This document shows, one piece after another, positions 28,374 through 32,000 of a DNA stretch of 32,000 nucleotides. Made by a program: the position numbers and the translations under genes. How positions within the stretch are numbered: position 1 is the first letter of the stretch; each line of letters begins with the position of its first letter. Location: assembly GCA_029624675.1 (NCBI GenBank), contig JARSSP010000061.1, forward strand, positions 29,658-61,657. The letters are read 5' to 3'. The stretch comes from Candidatus Contendobacter sp. (GTDB lineage: Bacteria; Pseudomonadota; Gammaproteobacteria; Competibacterales; Competibacteraceae). The notes beneath the pieces are model-generated. The model did no database searches. It saw only the letters and a program-made list of their open reading frames with translations, and was not told the DNA's origin.

Positions 28374-29813
28374 GTGCGCGATTCCCCCGCCACTCAGCGC
28401 AAGCTGGAAGACAGCCTGCGACATATCGTCAACCTGCTGGAAAAACATCGCCTGGTTGAACGGATGGTGGACCGCGACCAGGTCAGCCCCCGCCATGAGC
28501 TGATCGAGTCGCTGGTGCACCGCCAGCACCTGGTCGAGTTGCAACTCAAACTGCGCGGTTTGCATCCGGCCGACATCGCTTACATCCTGGAAGCGCTGCC
28601 GCTGGACGACCGGTTGCTGATCTGGCGACAAATTCAGGACGATTGCGGCGGCGAAGTGTTGCTGGAAGTTTCGGACGCGGTGCGGAACTCCCTGATCGAA
28701 ACCCTGGAGCCGCCAGCGCTGATCAAGGTGCTGGCCCAACTCGACGCCGACGATCTGGCCGCACTGGCCGAGGCGATTCCCGACGCGGTGCTGGCTGAGG
28801 TTTCCCAAAAGCTTAACGCCCGCGACCGCGACTGGCTGCAAACCACGATGGCCTATCCCGAAACCGTGGTGGGCCATCTGATGAGTCAGGACGTATTGAT
28901 GGTGCGCGCTGACCACCGAGTCGAACAGGTGTTGCGGATGCTGCGTGGCCGTGCTGATCTGCCGCATAACACCGATAGCTTGTATGTAGTGGACATCCGC
29001 AATCTGTTCAAGGGCGTGCTGCCGTTGCGAGCCTTGCTGCTCAACGACCCGGAGGCGCGAGTGGCGGACCTGACGCTGACCGATCAGGTGGTGTTCGATC
29101 CAAACGACAACGCCAGCGACGCGGCGCGGGCCTTCCAGCGTTACGACCTGGTTTCGGCGCCGGTGGTGAACGAGCGGGGCAAGTTGATCGGTCGCCTGAC
29201 CGTGGACGCGGTGGTGGACTTCATCCGCGAGGAATCCGAGGAGGATGCCCTGAATATGGCGGGCCTGCGCGGTGACGAGGATCTGTTCGCGCCGATCTGG
29301 GACAGCGCCCGCAACCGTTGGCTGTGGTTGTCGGTCAACCTCTGCACCGCATTCATCGCTTCGCGGGCCATCGGCTTGTTTGAGGATGCCATCACCCGGA
29401 TCGTGGCCCTGGCGACGCTGATGCCGATCGTGGCCGGCATCGGCGGCAATTCCGGCAATCAGACCACCACTCTGGTGGTGCGTGGTCTGGCGCTGGGGGA
29501 AATTACGCCGGATAATACTTGGCACCTGGTTTTCAAAGAGTTGGGTGTGGGTTTGCTCAACGGCGTCGTCTGGGGCGCAACCGTGGGTGTATTCGCCTAT
29601 GTCCTTTACTGGAACGTTTCGCTGGGTCTGGTCATGGCGGCGGCCATGTTGCTGAACCTACTGTTGGCGGCGGCGGTGGGCGTCGCCATTCCCTTGGTTC
29701 AGCACCATCTAGGACGCGATCCCGCCTTTGGATCGAGCGTGTTGCTGACCTTCATTACCGACGGCATGGGCTTTTTCATTTTTCTGGGGTTGGCGACGGT
29801 GTTTTTGCTGTAG
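28374..29813 (+). CDS. mgtE: Magnesium transporter MgtE
   Basis: N-domain, tandem CBS region (VGHLMSQDV..., VSAPVVNERGKLIGRLTVDAVVD) and a five-helix membrane domain with IVAGIGGNSGNQT and ITDGMGFFIFLGLA. Confidence 0.93.
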   Translation: MRDSPATQRKLEDSLRHIVNLLEKHRLVERMVDRDQVSPRHELIESLVHRQHLVELQLKLRGLHPADIAYILEALPLDDRLLIWRQIQDDCGGEVLLEVSDAVRNSLIETLEPPALIKVLAQLDADDLAALAEAIPDAVLAEVSQKLNARDRDWLQTTMAYPETVVGHLMSQDVLMVRADHRVEQVLRMLRGRADLPHNTDSLYVVDIRNLFKGVLPLRALLLNDPEARVADLTLTDQVVFDPNDNASDAARAFQRYDLVSAPVVNERGKLIGRLTVDAVVDFIREESEEDALNMAGLRGDEDLFAPIWDSARNRWLWLSVNLCTAFIASRAIGLFEDAITRIVALATLMPIVAGIGGNSGNQTTTLVVRGLALGEITPDNTWHLVFKELGVGLLNGVVWGATVGVFAYVLYWNVSLGLVMAAAMLLNLLLAAAVGVAIPLVQHHLGRDPAFGSSVLLTFITDGMGFFIFLGLATVFLL

Positions 29814-29845
29814 CCCCTCCCCCACTTACCGAGAGGCGCGAAACC

Positions 29846-30151
29846 ATGTTGCACCAAGCGATAGCCAAGCGCGGCGCTGTATCCATCCTGGCCGCGACCC
29901 TGACGTTGAGCGCCGGCCTGGCTGGCGCGGAGGACCAGTCACCCCAACCACCCCCCTCCGCTGACGCCACCGCCGCCGATCTGCTCATCGCGCGACCCGG
30001 GGGGCTGGTCGCGACGGTGCTGGGTTCCGCCGTGTTCATTGTCGGACTGCCCTTTACCCTCCTTAGCGGCAGCACCGGGCAAGCTGCGCAGACATTGGTG
30101 GTCGAACCGGCTCAATACACCTTTGCCCGCCCCTTGGGTCAGGATATGTAG
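29846..30151 (+). CDS. Small exported or membrane hypothetical protein (101 aa)
   Basis: Signal-like N-terminus (AVSILAATLTLSAGLAGA), Pro-rich spacer, and one hydrophobic helix (LVATVLGSAVFIVGLPFTLL). ATG 29846 is the first start after mgtE. No family recognised. Confidence 0.5.
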   Translation: MLHQAIAKRGAVSILAATLTLSAGLAGAEDQSPQPPPSADATAADLLIARPGGLVATVLGSAVFIVGLPFTLLSGSTGQAAQTLVVEPAQYTFARPLGQDM

Positions 30152-30166
30152 AGATCGGAACGACCG

Positions 30167-31000
30167 ATGGCCAGTCCCCTGCACCTGCTCGTCGTCGACC
30201 TTGAAACCCGCCCCGATGCGGCGCTGCTGCCCGCCGACCGCGATCCCGAGGTTTTTCCCAAACCGATCCAGCACGAAATCGTCACGCTCGGATTCCTGCT
30301 GGCGCGGATCGATCGGGACGGACAGAGCGAGCGCTATGTGATTCGCAAACTGGGCGCGGCCAGCATCGCCGAGCGCGGCGAGCGAGAGATTCTGGCGGGA
30401 TTCTGGCAACTGGTGGACCGGCAAAAACCCCGGCTGGTCACCTGGAACGGGCGTGGTTTCGATGTCGCCGTGCTCAAGCAGCGCTCGTTGATCCACGGCC
30501 TCACGGCGTTCAACTGGCACCGCACCGACCCGCGCTTCGGCTACGACTACCGCTACGAGAGCAATTGGCACTGCGACTTGATGGATGTGCTGGGCGATTT
30601 TGGCGCCTCGCCCCGGCTGGGGCTGGACGAAGCGGCCCAGGCGCTGGGTCTGCCGGGCAAGTGGAACGGCCACGGGGAAAACGTCGCCGCCCAGGCCGCC
30701 GCCGGCGACTACGCCGCCATCGACCGCTATTGCGAGGGCGACGTGCTCAACACCTACGCGCTGTATCTGCGCTGGGCCTGCTTCAGCACCCGCGTCAGCG
30801 CGCGGAGCCACAACGCCAGCGTGCAAAACCTGCTCGATTATCTGGAGGCGGGCCGGGAGCGGCATCCGCACTGGGGCGAGTTCGCTGACCGTTGGCGGGC
30901 AAGCGCCCGGCCCTGTCCGCTGTTTGTTCACGAAGCGCTCGGCGAGCCCGGACCGCAACCGCCGGAATCGCATTTGCGCAGCGAGGACGTGTTGCCTTAG
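30167..31000 (+). CDS. RNase H-fold 3'-5' exonuclease related to the PolB exonuclease domain
   Basis: ExoI LVVDLET. ExoII-like VTWNGRGFDVAVL. ExoIII-like YCEGDVLNTY. Size (277 aa) and architecture match the stand-alone PolB-exo-like family. Confidence 0.78.
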   Translation: MASPLHLLVVDLETRPDAALLPADRDPEVFPKPIQHEIVTLGFLLARIDRDGQSERYVIRKLGAASIAERGEREILAGFWQLVDRQKPRLVTWNGRGFDVAVLKQRSLIHGLTAFNWHRTDPRFGYDYRYESNWHCDLMDVLGDFGASPRLGLDEAAQALGLPGKWNGHGENVAAQAAAGDYAAIDRYCEGDVLNTYALYLRWACFSTRVSARSHNASVQNLLDYLEAGRERHPHWGEFADRWRASARPCPLFVHEALGEPGPQPPESHLRSEDVLP

Positions 31001-31131
31001 CCGTCAAGAGCACCGCCGGGTTCCCTTGCCACCCTGGCGCGTGGACATTTTCGCGGACATTTTTCTTGGGTCATCGAATATAAGATTCGATGGCGAAACG
31101 GAAAAAATGGCCTTGATCGCTGGACATTCCG

Positions 31132-32000
31132 ATGGACGCGAACGCATGGCGATTGCTGGATCGGCGCGTTGAGACCGCCCGATTCGGTCCTTTCACCTTC
31201 CAGATCGGTGTTGATCCCAACGAAGTCGTGTTGCCGCTGCAACGGGTTGAAGATGCGCACCAGCGATTCATCGCCTCGCCGCTGTCCCAGGTGGCGAATC
31301 AACTGGAACGGGAAGTGGTGGCGGGCAGCGTGTTCGGCACCAACACCATCGAAGGGGGGATGCTCACCGAGGAGGAAACGGCGGTTACTTTGGCGTTGGC
31401 GCCGGAGGCGATTCAGGAAATCGAGCAACGGCGAGTGGTGAATATCAAGGCGGCCTACGACCGTGCGTTGCAAGCGGCGGGTGTTTCCGGCTGGCGACTC
31501 GATCTCGACTTCATCCGCGAGATTCACGCCGCGATTACCCGAAACTTGCCGCATCCTCGGAATCAACCGGGAGCGTTCCGCGATAATCCCAAGACTACCG
31601 TGACCCATGTGGGCGACGCCGCGCATGGTGGACGCTACAAGCCACCGCAATATGGCGGCGACGTACATCTGTTGATGCGGTATTACGTGGAATGGCACGA
31701 AAGCCTGGTCACGGCGGACGTGCCCGCCTTGATTCGCGCTCCGCTCGTCCATCTTTATTACGAGTTGATTCATCCATTCTGGGATGGCAATGGCCGAGTC
31801 GGACGAGTGTTGGAGGCGACGGTGTTGCAGGCGGCGGGGTACCGCTACGCACCGTTTGCGATGGCACGATATTATCTCGACAACCTTGACGCCTATTTCA
31901 CCTTGTTCAACGTCTGCCGCAAGCGGGCGGACAAGCACGACGAATATCCTAATACGCCGTTTATTGCTTTTCACCTGGAAGGAATGCGAGTGGTGATCAA
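31132..32000 (+). CDS. Fic-domain protein (AMPylase family), 3'-truncated by the window end
   Basis: Not in the supplied ORF track because it has no stop in the window. Hand translation from ATG 31132 gives MDANAWRLLDRRVETARF... The canonical Fic motif HPFWDGNGRVGR lies at 31771-31806. The inhibitory-helix motif TNTIEG ([ST]xxxE[GN]) lies at 31339-31356. The frame stays open to base 32000. Confidence 0.85.
   Translation, partial: MDANAWRLLDRRVETARFGPFTFQIGVDPNEVVLPLQRVEDAHQRFIASPLSQVANQLEREVVAGSVFGTNTIEGGMLTEEETAVTLALAPEAIQEIEQRRVVNIKAAYDRALQAAGVSGWRLDLDFIREIHAAITRNLPHPRNQPGAFRDNPKTTVTHVGDAAHGGRYKPPQYGGDVHLLMRYYVEWHESLVTADVPALIRAPLVHLYYELIHPFWDGNGRVGRVLEATVLQAAGYRYAPFAMARYYLDNLDAYFTLFNVCRKRADKHDEYPNTPFIAFHLEGMRVVI

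Noticed and set aside
27084-29525. 813-aa minus-strand ORF spanning ispG and mgtE
   Set aside because: It is antisense to two genes with unambiguous conserved motifs. Its translation is Arg/Gly/His/Gln/Ala-rich low complexity with no recognisable motif. This is a typical stop-free antisense frame in GC-rich DNA.
30997-31974. 325-aa minus-strand ORF listed in the track at the right end of the window
   Set aside because: The opposite strand in this interval encodes a canonical Fic motif and inhibitory helix in an uninterrupted frame. The minus-strand ORF is the antisense shadow.

Overview
High-GC (roughly 62-66% by eye) proteobacterial-type chromosomal window, mostly on the + strand. Most genes are housekeeping: polA, metH, ispG, mgtE, thrH, yraN, a MoxR/VWA pair, and a DedA-PAP2 fusion. 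Three regions stand out. (1) 1896-6676 holds a nickel-pincer cofactor biosynthesis set, larC-larE and larB, with no larA-type client enzyme anywhere in the window. It is preceded by a membrane NapH/NapG-like fused polyferredoxin, split by a small convergent secreted-protein gene, and carries a perfect 23-bp palindrome in front of larB. (2) 9428-16183 is a roughly 6.7-kb defence island wedged 20 nt after polA. It contains a Type III R-M system whose mod and res genes are separated by a GxxExxY (PD-(D/E)XK) gene bracketed by AATCTGYG-type repeat arms. The same repeat family sits in-frame inside the mod N-terminus. The mod target-recognition region is a sharply bounded block of about 40% GC. A DUF262/DUF1524 (GmrSD-like) nuclease gene follows. 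(3) 30167-32000 holds a PolB-exonuclease-like nuclease followed by a Fic-domain gene. The Fic gene runs off the window and is absent from the supplied ORF track; I found it by hand translation. Other features are a MITE-like 149-bp element with an 8-bp direct-repeat flank and an internal perfect 32-bp inverted repeat after metH, and a 5'-truncated secreted repeat protein with a 285-bp tandem duplication. No rRNA, tRNA or CRISPR array was seen. Many long ORFs in the track are antisense or out-of-frame shadows typical of GC-rich DNA. All family assignments rest on motif recognition from memory, not on database searches.
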